A DNA stretch of 45,421 nt from the NCBI GenBank assembly GCA_051382335.1, contig JBBCAX010000043.1, forward strand, positions 1 through 45,421, written 5' to 3'. This document shows, piece after piece, positions 9,786-19,147 of this stretch. Source of the stretch: Deltaproteobacteria bacterium TL4 (GTDB lineage Bacteria > SAR324 > NAC60-12). The stretch's first letter is position 1, and each line of letters starts with the position of its first letter. The notes beneath the pieces are model-generated. The model was not told the origin of the DNA, did not search any database, and saw nothing but the letters and a program-made list of their open reading frames with translations. The translations under genes and the position numbers were made by a program.

Positions 9786-12689
9786 ATGGGTGCTGTTAAG
9801 GATTATTTAACCAAACAATTGAAAGAAGACCTGAAAGTCAAAGGGTTATGTGTATGGCTGGACGCTCAGGAAGACTACACAACCTATGTCCGGGAACTTC
9901 AGGAAAAATATCAGGCACAAGAATTTGAGTATCCGGTGTTGACATTCAAAGGTTCTTTTCTGGAACTTATGCTTGAATTGTCTCCGTGGTTTTCCTCAAG
10001 GCAGAACCAGCCCTGTTTGATACACCTTCCGTTATTGAATCAGCAGACCATTCTCAAAACACCTCTGCTGGAAGCCTATAAAGCAGGGAAAGAACTTCAG
10101 TATAACCTGAAAACGCTGATCCGGAATGCCTGCGCTGGTAAACTGACACCCACTCAACTCCAGCATTTATTGGAAAACAGTAATCTCTCTCTGGAACTGG
10201 CGGATACCCGCTTGACCGAAGAAGATCAGACACCCGATGGATTAAAGAAACTGATTGCCAAACATTCCGCGATTGAAATTGCAATCGATTTGCTGCAACC
10301 CTCCCCCAAGTATGCGTCACTGATTGAGCTGCCTGTTCAAGACCATGCGGCGACTGTTTTCAAATATATCAGCCTTCAGTTCGGAATTCAGGAATCGTGG
10401 CTGGCAGACTGGCTGGATGCTGAAGAACTTCCGCTACAGAATTTATCCGCTTTGAGAATTCCCTTTGCGGCGCATCTCTTATGCAGTGAATATGTCTGGG
10501 ATCTGCAGGAAGATCCTTATGATGAACGCCTGAAAATCCTGAAACAAATAACGGAAAATCAGCATAAGAACTGTTGTCGGGTGACTTCGGAAATGAGAGA
10601 ACGGTATTCTGATCTCTACCGGGAGCTTGCCAAAGAAGTCGAGCTGCACCTTCAAAAGGAAGAAGCTCACGCACCTGAGGTTTTGGGCGAGGTGGATACC
10701 TTTGCGTTTGAAGAAGAAAAAATTTTGGTTCTGGCCTTCCGTTATCTGGAAAACTCAGATTGGACAGCGTTGAACTCGTTGATTAACTATCGGCTTGGAA
10801 CCGGGAAGGCTGCCTCTGCGGGGACTTCCTTCTGGGTCAAGTATGATGAAGGTCGAAGATGGGTATGGCGCTGGTTGGAGAAAGCCTCCCTGCTGCGTGA
10901 AACTCTGCATGAGTGCTCCCAACGGATTCAGGGTTGGCAACCCGTGAAGTGTTCTCCAGATTACCTGTTATCGGAATATGCTCAAAAACTTTTCCGGGTG
11001 GATCAACTCCATCGTGAATTTGAGCAGATGAACGCCCGGTTTAAGAGTCTGACAGGGCTCCCACGATTCAGGGATATCCAAGCCCAAATACTCAAGACAC
11101 GTCAAGTTTATCGAAGTTACGTTGACCAGTTAGCCCTCTTGTTCAATCAATCCTGCAAACAACATGGATTTCTTCCTTCTGAAGAGTTTCGACAAAGAAC
11201 CTTTCACCGACAAGTGGTTGTTCCGATCTTGGCTCAAGGAAATACGGTTGTGTTTTATATCGATGCTTTTCGTTATGAACTTGCTGAAGCGTTGGCGGCT
11301 CGGTTGGACACTGAAAAAGGAATGGTGAAACTGACGGCAAGGCTCTCTGAGTTGCCTACGGTGACGGCTGTGGGGATGAATGCCCTGCTTCCCATCGAAC
11401 AGAATGGAAAGCTCTATCCGGTGTTTGATCTTGATAAAGGCACCTTTAGCGGATTTAAGGTATCCCAAAAAATAATCAGGGAACCTGCCCAACGCAAAAC
11501 GTTTTTGAAGACTATAGAAGATTCCTCAGCTTGGGTTAAACTTCAGGAAATCTGTGACCTGTCCCCTGCGGAACTCAAAAACACACTGAATGAACGTAAA
11601 CTGATTGCCATTCACAGTCTGGAAATTGATGAGGTGGGGGAAAATGGATTATTGCAGTTCTCTCCTGACTTTTTTGAAAACACCATCAATACCCTGGTGA
11701 GTCTGGTGAAAGGGCTACAAAAGGCAGGGTATCATCAATTTGTGTTTACGGCGGATCATGGATTTTTACAGGCCGATGATACGGTGAAGGGAGAACCCAT
11801 CCCGCACATGGAAACTAAAACTCGACGCTATGCCATCCGCGAAATTGCATTGGAAAACAGCAAAGCGACATCGGTTTCGTTAAGTGCCCTGGATTACCAG
11901 CAGGTGGAAGGGAACTGGCTGATTTTTCCTCCAAACGGAGACTTGTTTCAAAAACCAGGCGATAAGGATCGGTTTTATCATGGAGGAAATAGCCTTCAGG
12001 AACGAGTCATCCCTGTTCTGGTTTATAGCAAGACGAAGGTATCTCAGGTGGAGGATGGATGTAAATTTCGAGTACAGACGCAAGCAAAACCCGCTCTCTT
12101 AGGATTTCATCGCATTCAACTAAAAGCACACTATGTCGGAAACAAAACGATGTGGGACAAAAATCAGCTCCACCTTCAGTTGATTCCAGAGTCAACCGGG
12201 TTAGAAGAAGTTTATATCCAGGAGGTGATTCCCGGAAATTATCAGGGAAACCGGATTAATATTCCGACCGAGCAGGAGATTGAAATTTGCTTCAAGATCC
12301 TTGGGACATCCGGGAATAAAGTTCCGATTAAAATTATTGATCCGGAAGGTGTTGATCTGGTAGAATCCTGTATCACGGAAGCCTATTTTCAGGTTGAGAT
12401 GGAAGGTTCCATCGGTGAGCGCTCACCGGTTTATTCCAAGAAGGCGGCCTCTGCTGCTGTTACCTGGCATCAGGAGATTCCCAAAGACTTTCATCCCATT
12501 TTATCCCATATTTTCCAGCATGGAGCGATCACTGAACAGAGTCTGGTCTCTATGTTGGGAGGCGGGAGCAAGGGCGCACGCCTGGCAAGGCAGTTTGCAG
12601 TAAAAATCCAGGAGTGGCAATCCTTACTGCCGTTTGATCTTGAAGTGTCTTCCTCCGCTCAGGAAGGCAAAGAATATCGTAAAAAATAA
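9786..12689 (+). CDS. pglZ: BREX PglZ alkaline-phosphatase-superfamily protein
   Basis: YIDAFRYELA, ELPTVTAVGMNALL, FTADHGF, FYHGGNSLQERVIP motifs. Confidence 0.93.
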   Translation: MGAVKDYLTKQLKEDLKVKGLCVWLDAQEDYTTYVRELQEKYQAQEFEYPVLTFKGSFLELMLELSPWFSSRQNQPCLIHLPLLNQQTILKTPLLEAYKAGKELQYNLKTLIRNACAGKLTPTQLQHLLENSNLSLELADTRLTEEDQTPDGLKKLIAKHSAIEIAIDLLQPSPKYASLIELPVQDHAATVFKYISLQFGIQESWLADWLDAEELPLQNLSALRIPFAAHLLCSEYVWDLQEDPYDERLKILKQITENQHKNCCRVTSEMRERYSDLYRELAKEVELHLQKEEAHAPEVLGEVDTFAFEEEKILVLAFRYLENSDWTALNSLINYRLGTGKAASAGTSFWVKYDEGRRWVWRWLEKASLLRETLHECSQRIQGWQPVKCSPDYLLSEYAQKLFRVDQLHREFEQMNARFKSLTGLPRFRDIQAQILKTRQVYRSYVDQLALLFNQSCKQHGFLPSEEFRQRTFHRQVVVPILAQGNTVVFYIDAFRYELAEALAARLDTEKGMVKLTARLSELPTVTAVGMNALLPIEQNGKLYPVFDLDKGTFSGFKVSQKIIREPAQRKTFLKTIEDSSAWVKLQEICDLSPAELKNTLNERKLIAIHSLEIDEVGENGLLQFSPDFFENTINTLVSLVKGLQKAGYHQFVFTADHGFLQADDTVKGEPIPHMETKTRRYAIREIALENSKATSVSLSALDYQQVEGNWLIFPPNGDLFQKPGDKDRFYHGGNSLQERVIPVLVYSKTKVSQVEDGCKFRVQTQAKPALLGFHRIQLKAHYVGNKTMWDKNQLHLQLIPESTGLEEVYIQEVIPGNYQGNRINIPTEQEIEICFKILGTSGNKVPIKIIDPEGVDLVESCITEAYFQVEMEGSIGERSPVYSKKAASAAVTWHQEIPKDFHPILSHIFQHGAITEQSLVSMLGGGSKGARLARQFAVKIQEWQSLLPFDLEVSSSAQEGKEYRKK

Positions 12690-12715
12690 TAACTCCATCA
12701 GAAAGAACCCAGAGT

Positions 12716-14017
12716 ATGCTTTTATCAGAGACCGATATCACACATATTTTTGAACGCTTACGTGAGGGAACCGTTCCAGAACGGGGTTTAAAAGCCTTTG
12801 CGGTAGGTATTGAAAGCCCCATGGAAGAATTAAAAAGAAATTTGAGCCTGGTCAAAAATAACGAAGGGGGAGCTAAATTTCTGAGAGGGGGCTATGGCTG
12901 CGGAAAAACATTCATCTCCCAACTGGCTATGCTGGAAGCGCTTGAACAAAATTTTGCGGTTTCCAAAGTGGTGGTTTCTTCCAATGATACGCCCTTGTAT
13001 AAGTTAGACACCTTTTACAGCAAAATTATTGAGAATCTTCAAACCCCGCTGAGTTATCGAGGAGCTTTGGGAGACTGCATTGACCGTTGGATTGGCAAGG
13101 TGGAAGCTCGTCTCATGGATGAAGGGAAAGATCCGGATGCGGACGATTTTGATTCTCATGTCAGGCAACGATTTGAACAGGATCTGGTCGCGCTTTCTCA
13201 GGAAGAATCCGGCGGTGATTTCATTGCGGTGGTGCGTGAGTATTTTCGGTTAAAACAGCAGGGAGACATCCCAAGCGCCATGCAATTGCTTGCGTGGGTT
13301 TCTGGTAGTAAAAATATTGCCGCTTCTGTAAAAAAAGGAGCCGGTGTTAAAGGGGAGATATCCAGTCAGACTGCGCTGACCTACCTCAAAGGCATCCTGC
13401 ACATTATTAAAAAAGCCGGATATTCAGGATTCGTGGTTGTAGTGGATGAAATTGAAACGATTTTAAGAATGAGAGGCGATATTCGGGAAAAATCTCTCAA
13501 TGGGATTCGACAGATTTTGGATGCAACTCCCGAGTTTAAAGGATTGTTTTGGTTGTTTACAGGAACACCTGAATTTTATGATAACAAAAAAGGGGTGGCA
13601 GGCCTGATGCCGTTGCATGATCGAATCGGTTTTAGTAAATCAGGGGGATTTGTGAACATCAAACAACCTCAACTCGAACTCAAACCCTTTGATCGACAAC
13701 GCTTGCAGGATGTTGCTTTACATCTCCGGGAGCTTTATCCCTCTTTGAACAAGCAGCGTGTGATTCATGAAGTATCGGATCCCTTTATCACGAACCTTGT
13801 TGATAAAATTACGAGCGGATTAGGGAGACAGGTGGGGATTATTCCCAGACAATTTCTGAGAGAATTTGTCAACATTCTGGATCTGGTCGATCAACATCAG
13901 GACTACCATCCCTCCGTAGTTTACGAATTTACACCTCAAAAGCTCACCCCTGAAGAATCTGGTGCAGAGCAAGGGAATCCTGAGGCCAATGACGATATTA
14001 AAGAAGTCGAGTTTTAG
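12716..14017 (+). CDS. brxD: BREX ATP-binding protein BrxD (DUF2791)
   Basis: LREGTVPERGL, Walker A RGGYGCGKT, VVVDEIE, TGTPEFYD; follows pglZ as in type 2/6 BREX. Confidence 0.9.
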   Translation: MLLSETDITHIFERLREGTVPERGLKAFAVGIESPMEELKRNLSLVKNNEGGAKFLRGGYGCGKTFISQLAMLEALEQNFAVSKVVVSSNDTPLYKLDTFYSKIIENLQTPLSYRGALGDCIDRWIGKVEARLMDEGKDPDADDFDSHVRQRFEQDLVALSQEESGGDFIAVVREYFRLKQQGDIPSAMQLLAWVSGSKNIAASVKKGAGVKGEISSQTALTYLKGILHIIKKAGYSGFVVVVDEIETILRMRGDIREKSLNGIRQILDATPEFKGLFWLFTGTPEFYDNKKGVAGLMPLHDRIGFSKSGGFVNIKQPQLELKPFDRQRLQDVALHLRELYPSLNKQRVIHEVSDPFITNLVDKITSGLGRQVGIIPRQFLREFVNILDLVDQHQDYHPSVVYEFTPQKLTPEESGAEQGNPEANDDIKEVEF

Positions 14018-14029
14018 GGAGACGAACGT

Positions 14030-14850
14030 ATGGGGGCACAGGACAACGACAGGACTGTTTTTAACCGATTCCATGAACAACTTCAGACCGCTATTGTGAA
14101 TAAGCTGGGATGGCAATCCCTTCGGCCTGTTCAGAAATTAGCGGGTCAGGCTATTTTAGATGGAAAGAACCTGATCATTCAGGCACCCACCGCAGGAGGT
14201 AAAACAGAAGCCGCTTTTTTCCCGATTTTTTCAAAAATGCTGGAGATGCAGGAAGAAGGTGTCCAATGCCTCTATATCTCCCCTCTCAAAGCCCTATTGA
14301 ACAACCAGGAAGCACGCCTTGAACATTACACAGAAATGCTGGGTCTCTCTCTTTTTAAATGGCATGGAGACGCCAAAGCCAGCGCCAAAAAGAAATTTGC
14401 AAACGATCCTGATGACCTGTTGATGATCACACCGGAGTCTTTGGAGGTCATGCTGGTGTCTCCCAAAGTTCCAGTGGCGAGCCTTTTCCAAAATCTGCGT
14501 TTTGTAATCATTGATGAAATTCATGCGCTGGCCAACTGCGACCGAGGTGGCCATCTGGTATCGGTTTTGGAAAGAATTTATAAGATCACGGGCATTGATT
14601 TTCAACGAATCGGGTTATCTGCAACCGTAGGCAATCCCCCTGAAATTCTGCAATGGATGCAGGGTTCCTCCCAAAGAGAAAAAGTCCATATTCACCCTCC
14701 CCATTCCCCCTCCAAAAAAAGACTGGAAATCCAATTTCTGGACGAATCTGAAATAACAGACCTAGTGGTTTCACGAGCCTTGAATAAACGCAGTCTGTTT
14801 TTTTGTGAAAGTCGTAGAATGACGGAGAAAATCGGTTCTGCCATCAGTTT
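14030..14850 (+). pseudogene. brxHI: Lhr-like DEAD/H helicase BrxHI, C-terminally truncated
   Basis: Motif I APTAGGKTE, SPLKAL, DEIH, LSAT and motif IV LFFCESR present; motifs V and VI absent; ORF reads into unrelated sequence and stops at 14944. Confidence 0.85.
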
Positions 14851-14863
14851 TTGGATTACATCC

Positions 14864-15007
14864 TTAACTCCGGAAGTCCCATCTGTTTCGAATCCCAGTA
14901 GCAGCGGTACATCGTCCATACGCTCTACTTTCGGGATTTGTTGAGTATCCATTCTGGGATCTAATCTAGTTTCCCAACTTGGACAATTTTTTAGCGAACC
15001 ATCAGTT
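14864..15007 (-). mobile_element. 5' remnant of an IS1634-like (IS4 superfamily) transposase with putative left end
   Basis: Minus strand encodes MDTQQIPKVERMDDVPLLLG then, after a frameshift, KQMGLPEL, resembling the ERVDD(I/V)PLL...MG.PEL N-terminus of this family as I recall it; candidate end ACTGATGGTTCGCTAAAAAATT. Confidence 0.6.
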
Positions 15008-15048
15008 CTCAGGCTTTGTGTGGACGGGGTATGTTTACAGAAACCGCT

Positions 15049-16482
15049 TTACTGGAATAAGGGCACACTTTCAGAGCAATTCATCACTTGTCGCGCATGT
15101 TGATGCACTTCTTTGGTTTTTCGATAAGAAATACCCAAGCCTTTCACAAGATCTTTACGATTAAAAAAATCGGAAAGTTCCTGAAGCGAAAGTGTTCCGA
15201 GATCAAGCCAAGGATAGTTAGTGGTAAGATACCGCAGAAATCTTTTGATTCTTGTTTCTCCATGATTATAGGCCGCAACCGCAAGCATTGCGCGAACAGG
15301 AGGCGTAAGCTTGGCTTCCGTTCCGTCAAGAGTCCATGGATATTTGTAATAATGGCGTAATAACATCGCGGAAATTAAAATATTGGTTTCGATATGGAAA
15401 ACATTGCCGACATGAGCGGCATACCGACGTTCGATAACCTCCGTATAGGCTTTATGGATCATGGCGTAACGTTCTGGCAGAATCGCACCTTGTCCTACTT
15501 TGATGCTCAATCGACGAATCATAAGATAGTTTTCGTCTTTGGTATATCCCAAAAGATCAAGCTCTCTGTGGACCTCCCTGTAAAATATCGAATGTAAACT
15601 TGGTTTATGAATTAATAATGGAAGTTTATGAAGTGTCGGGAGTTCAACGTTCAAATTCATTAAGGCCAACACCTTCGTGATCACAGGATCCGCGTAGATC
15701 TTTTGCAGATGTTTGATGGCCATTTGCAATCTCAATTCTTCCCACCGTTGGGTTCTACGTTCTTTAACTTGCGAAACTCCGATATCTGTCAGTTGACCTA
15801 TTCCTTTAGCACCTGTTGGACTAATAATTTCAAAGTTAAACTTGGATTCTTGAAAAAAGAGGCAAAACAAAGTGGGATAAGGGATCTGAAAATAATGAGC
15901 CGCTGTATAGGTACTGATTAATATTCTCAAAAAGCGTACTTTTGAAAAGGCGGAATCTGGGTATTTTCGGATCCGCTTTACATATTCTTGATACCGTTCA
16001 GTTCCAACAGTTCCATACATCAACAAATGTGGCGATTTTTGTGAATTAAAGGCCCCCATTCCCCAACTGTATCGTAAGCGATGGAGAGTATCCAGGGAAA
16101 GAGCAAATTCATAAAGATTTTTTAAGGTTTCAGAAGGGAACTTTACAGGAAAGTTTTCAAGCCACTGTTCATAAGCAGGCGTGATAATGGCTTTAATTTC
16201 AACGGGAGTAATTTTGTTGACTTGCTCCTTTTCCTGAAAAGGATGTTCTCTTAAACTCTTCACATAAATCGCCTTTGACGGCATGGTAGGATGTGACGGT
16301 AACGTTGACAACGGATATGAGAATGTAAAATAGAAATTACTTTCTTCTGTGGTTTTGGAATGGAATAGCAGAAAAAAGAAAACAACCAGCACTATTAAGG
16401 TTTTCATGCTTTGATGCAATCGAAGCCGAAGATCGGGTCGTTTGTACCAACGGAAGGACTGAGACAGGTTATCATCCATCAT
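15049..16482 (-). CDS. Membrane-anchored lytic transglycosylase (SLT domain) protein
   Basis: FQESKF (catalytic Glu), SPTGAKGIGQL and AAYNHG motifs; hydrophobic N-terminal segment; true start may be the MKTL Met. Confidence 0.75.
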   Translation of the reverse strand: MMDDNLSQSFRWYKRPDLRLRLHQSMKTLIVLVVFFFLLFHSKTTEESNFYFTFSYPLSTLPSHPTMPSKAIYVKSLREHPFQEKEQVNKITPVEIKAIITPAYEQWLENFPVKFPSETLKNLYEFALSLDTLHRLRYSWGMGAFNSQKSPHLLMYGTVGTERYQEYVKRIRKYPDSAFSKVRFLRILISTYTAAHYFQIPYPTLFCLFFQESKFNFEIISPTGAKGIGQLTDIGVSQVKERRTQRWEELRLQMAIKHLQKIYADPVITKVLALMNLNVELPTLHKLPLLIHKPSLHSIFYREVHRELDLLGYTKDENYLMIRRLSIKVGQGAILPERYAMIHKAYTEVIERRYAAHVGNVFHIETNILISAMLLRHYYKYPWTLDGTEAKLTPPVRAMLAVAAYNHGETRIKRFLRYLTTNYPWLDLGTLSLQELSDFFNRKDLVKGLGISYRKTKEVHQHARQVMNCSESVPLFQ

Positions 16483-16521
16483 AATGCCGTTACAGTTTCA
16501 TCATCCTTTGAGCGGACACCC

Positions 16522-17295
16522 TTAAAATTTGGAATAATTTCCTCGTCGCACCGCATATTGCGCCAGGAAATAGGCTAGAATCACAAAAAGCAAAGACAGG
16601 GGAAAAGTCGTGGACACGGGAATATCACTGGTTCCCAGGACAGCAAACCGAATTCCATTCACTAAGTACAATAAAGGATTCATGTAGGAAAGCGTTTGCC
16701 AAAAAGGGTGCATATTCAAAATACTGAAAAAAACACCTCCCAAATAGATTAAGGGCAAAATAATAAACATTCCTACCGCATTAACTTGTTCAAAACTGGT
16801 AGCATACAGGGCAACGCTCAAGCCCAATAAGCCGAAAGTCAGACCACTGAAAACCATAAAAAAAAGTAACAACACCCAATGCTGAAAGCTCAACAGATGG
16901 GCATAGGCCATCACGTAGAACCCCTGTCCCACTCCAGCAATCGCCAAGCCAACCACAATCCCTCTCACACAGGCAGCCAGCGCATAGGCCCATACAATTT
17001 GTGAGGGGGACAGAGGCGCCACTTTGAGATCTTGGAGATCTCCATGAAATTTGGAAATGGTGATTGAGCTTGTGGCATTTTGGAAAGCATTGTTCAAAAC
17101 ACCCATCCCCATCAAACCCGGAATAATAAACTCCAGGTAATTCACTCCATTTTGAAGTGATATTTTATCGGACAAATTGACGCCAAAAATCATGAGATAG
17201 AGCGAGGAACTTATGAGCGGGCTGACTAATGTTTGTCCAGCAACTTTCATAAAGCGCTGACACTCTTTTAAAAATAAAGTTTTAAATGCTACCAT
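16522..17295 (-). CDS. ABC-2 type transporter permease (YadH-like)
   Basis: KEcqRF, YLEFIIPGL, PLIYLGGVFFS, NPLLYLVNGIR; about six hydrophobic segments. Confidence 0.9.
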   Translation of the reverse strand: MVAFKTLFLKECQRFMKVAGQTLVSPLISSSLYLMIFGVNLSDKISLQNGVNYLEFIIPGLMGMGVLNNAFQNATSSITISKFHGDLQDLKVAPLSPSQIVWAYALAACVRGIVVGLAIAGVGQGFYVMAYAHLLSFQHWVLLLFFMVFSGLTFGLLGLSVALYATSFEQVNAVGMFIILPLIYLGGVFFSILNMHPFWQTLSYMNPLLYLVNGIRFAVLGTSDIPVSTTFPLSLLFVILAYFLAQYAVRRGNYSKF

Positions 17296-17449
17296 AGTGA
17301 TTGAAAAATCTGAGTTTAATGTTCAGCGGCGTATACGAGCAGTCACACAGTAATCGGGGCGACCTTGAGGACGTGTGGATCTTAGCGGAAGTTCAGGATC
17401 AAAGCAAGTATTATAGAAAGTAGAAGAGAGAGGAAACTGACCGAAAAGC

Positions 17450-18556
17450 CTACAAGGCCTGAGATGTTGCTGTTTTAAACGTGAGGATGACGTTTGTCCC
17501 ATAATCATCAGCGTCTTGCCTTTCTTCGCGTGATGAAATTTCGATTTTTCCTTCGTAAAGGAGCATAAACTTGTGGACCAAAGGCATGCCGAAACCTGAA
17601 CCTTTTTCGTCATTTGTCCCAAAACGTGTGGTCACTTTATTAACATCAAAGATCTTGTCCAACAAGTCCTCGGGAATTCCAATGCCATGGTCTTTGACGC
17701 TCAAGGCCGTGGTCCTTCCGATGTCATAAACCGTAATCATGACTTCGGAACCGGGATGAGAAAATTTGAGAGCATTGGTGAGAATATTGTTCAACACGGA
17801 GTGAACCAGAGAAACACTTTCCGCAAAAATGAAGTAATCTTTTTCGACAGTGAGCACAGGTTCAATATCTTTTTCTATGAACTGATGCTCCAATATTTTC
17901 AAAGAATCCTCAATGGCGGTCTTTAGATTCACAGATTTCAATACTATTTCGTACTTCCCCTCCGTTATGGCTCTAAGTTGACGCACCTGCTGAATGAGTG
18001 CCGCCTGCTGTTTTGCACAGGACAACATCCGCTCTATTCGCATCGGATCCATATAGTTCGGTTTTGATTTGGCGGCTTCTAAACTAAAGATGATGGATAA
18101 TAACGGATTGGAAAGGTCATGACATAAAACATGAATGAGTTCATTCAACTCATAATTTTGTTTCAATACGGTTTCCCTACTGAATTTCAACTGAAGATGT
18201 GTGTTGACACGAACGAGTAATTCACGGGAATTGAAAGGTTTTGTGATATAATCCACCGCACCCAGTTCGAACGCTTTGACGAGGGTATTGGAATCCGCTT
18301 TTGCTGTCAGAAAGATGACAGGAATATTTTTGGCCTGTGGGAGGACCTTGAGTTTAACATAGGTCTCGAAACCATCCATTTCAGGCATCATGATGTCGAG
18401 CAGAATCAAATCAGGAAGAACCGTGTTGAGTGATTTGATGGCTTGTGTCCCATTCTGAGCAACAACCACATCATATCCTTCCTCACTGAGTATATTGCCC
18501 AAAACCTGCAGATTCGTAGGGTTGTCATCAACGGTTAATATACATGCGTTTTTCAT
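17450..18556 (-). CDS. Hybrid response regulator / sensor histidine kinase (REC-HisKA-HATPase_c)
   Basis: VDD, LLDIMMPEMDG, DYITKPF; H-box CHDLSNPL; NILTNALKFS, DHGIGIP, GSGFGM. Confidence 0.92.
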   Translation of the reverse strand: MKNACILTVDDNPTNLQVLGNILSEEGYDVVVAQNGTQAIKSLNTVLPDLILLDIMMPEMDGFETYVKLKVLPQAKNIPVIFLTAKADSNTLVKAFELGAVDYITKPFNSRELLVRVNTHLQLKFSRETVLKQNYELNELIHVLCHDLSNPLLSIIFSLEAAKSKPNYMDPMRIERMLSCAKQQAALIQQVRQLRAITEGKYEIVLKSVNLKTAIEDSLKILEHQFIEKDIEPVLTVEKDYFIFAESVSLVHSVLNNILTNALKFSHPGSEVMITVYDIGRTTALSVKDHGIGIPEDLLDKIFDVNKVTTRFGTNDEKGSGFGMPLVHKFMLLYEGKIEISSREERQDADDYGTNVILTFKTATSQAL

Positions 18557-18675
18557 ATCGCGTCACACCAGAATTGCTGAAAATCCTAAACATTCATCGC
18601 ATGGTTTTATCTCTAATCACGACTCATTATGAGTTTTTAACAGGAATAATGGTGAGAAGCAATGGTTAAGATGTT

Positions 18676-19134
18676 TTAAATAGCACCGGGCTCTTCTCCA
18701 ACAAGATCTTTCCGCATAGGGGAGAGCAGTAAAAACAGTTCATTCTGTTCGAGCACAGGAATATCCAGTACCATTAACGTGTTTTTTAACTCAGCCAGCC
18801 ATAAGTCCAAATCTTTTTGAGTCAGGCCCTTTCCTTGGTGAGCCTCTTTCATGGACGCTCCTTGATATTGACACGGTCCCCCCGTAAGTTCACAGAATTG
18901 TTCGATGAGTCTTTGCTTTAAAATCCGAAAATCCGTTTCTTTGAAATGAGGGTTGAGCTGTTCATTATTGGCAATACGTTCAGTAAAATCCTGAACAATA
19001 GCCGTGATCGCTGTCTCCCCGCCCAGTCTCAGATATAAAGATTCTTTTAACTTGGGTTGTTCTTGGGGGGTAGAACTACACCCCAGCCCCCCAAGACACA
19101 TGCCAATGATTATCAAATTTAGAAAACCTCTCAT
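18676..19134 (-). CDS. Group I truncated (2/2) haemoglobin with lipoprotein-type signal peptide
   Basis: SLYLRLGGETAI, LTGGPCQYQGASMKEAH (proximal His); start ATG 19134 after GGAAAGG; signal ends GLGC. Confidence 0.88.
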   Translation of the reverse strand: MRGFLNLIIIGMCLGGLGCSSTPQEQPKLKESLYLRLGGETAITAIVQDFTERIANNEQLNPHFKETDFRILKQRLIEQFCELTGGPCQYQGASMKEAHQGKGLTQKDLDLWLAELKNTLMVLDIPVLEQNELFLLLSPMRKDLVGEEPGAI

Positions 19135-19147
19135 GATACCCTTTCCA

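Noticed and set aside
2090..14000. Many short antisense or overlapping ORFs within the BREX genes
   Set aside because: Shadows of long, motif-rich plus-strand genes; no recognisable motifs
14841..15007. 9-bp direct repeat CCATCAGTT (14841-14849 and 14999-15007) as a target-site duplication
   Set aside because: Removing the intervening DNA does not restore helicase-like sequence (the frame stops after about 18 codons), and the second copy looks like part of the IS end; probably chance or microhomology
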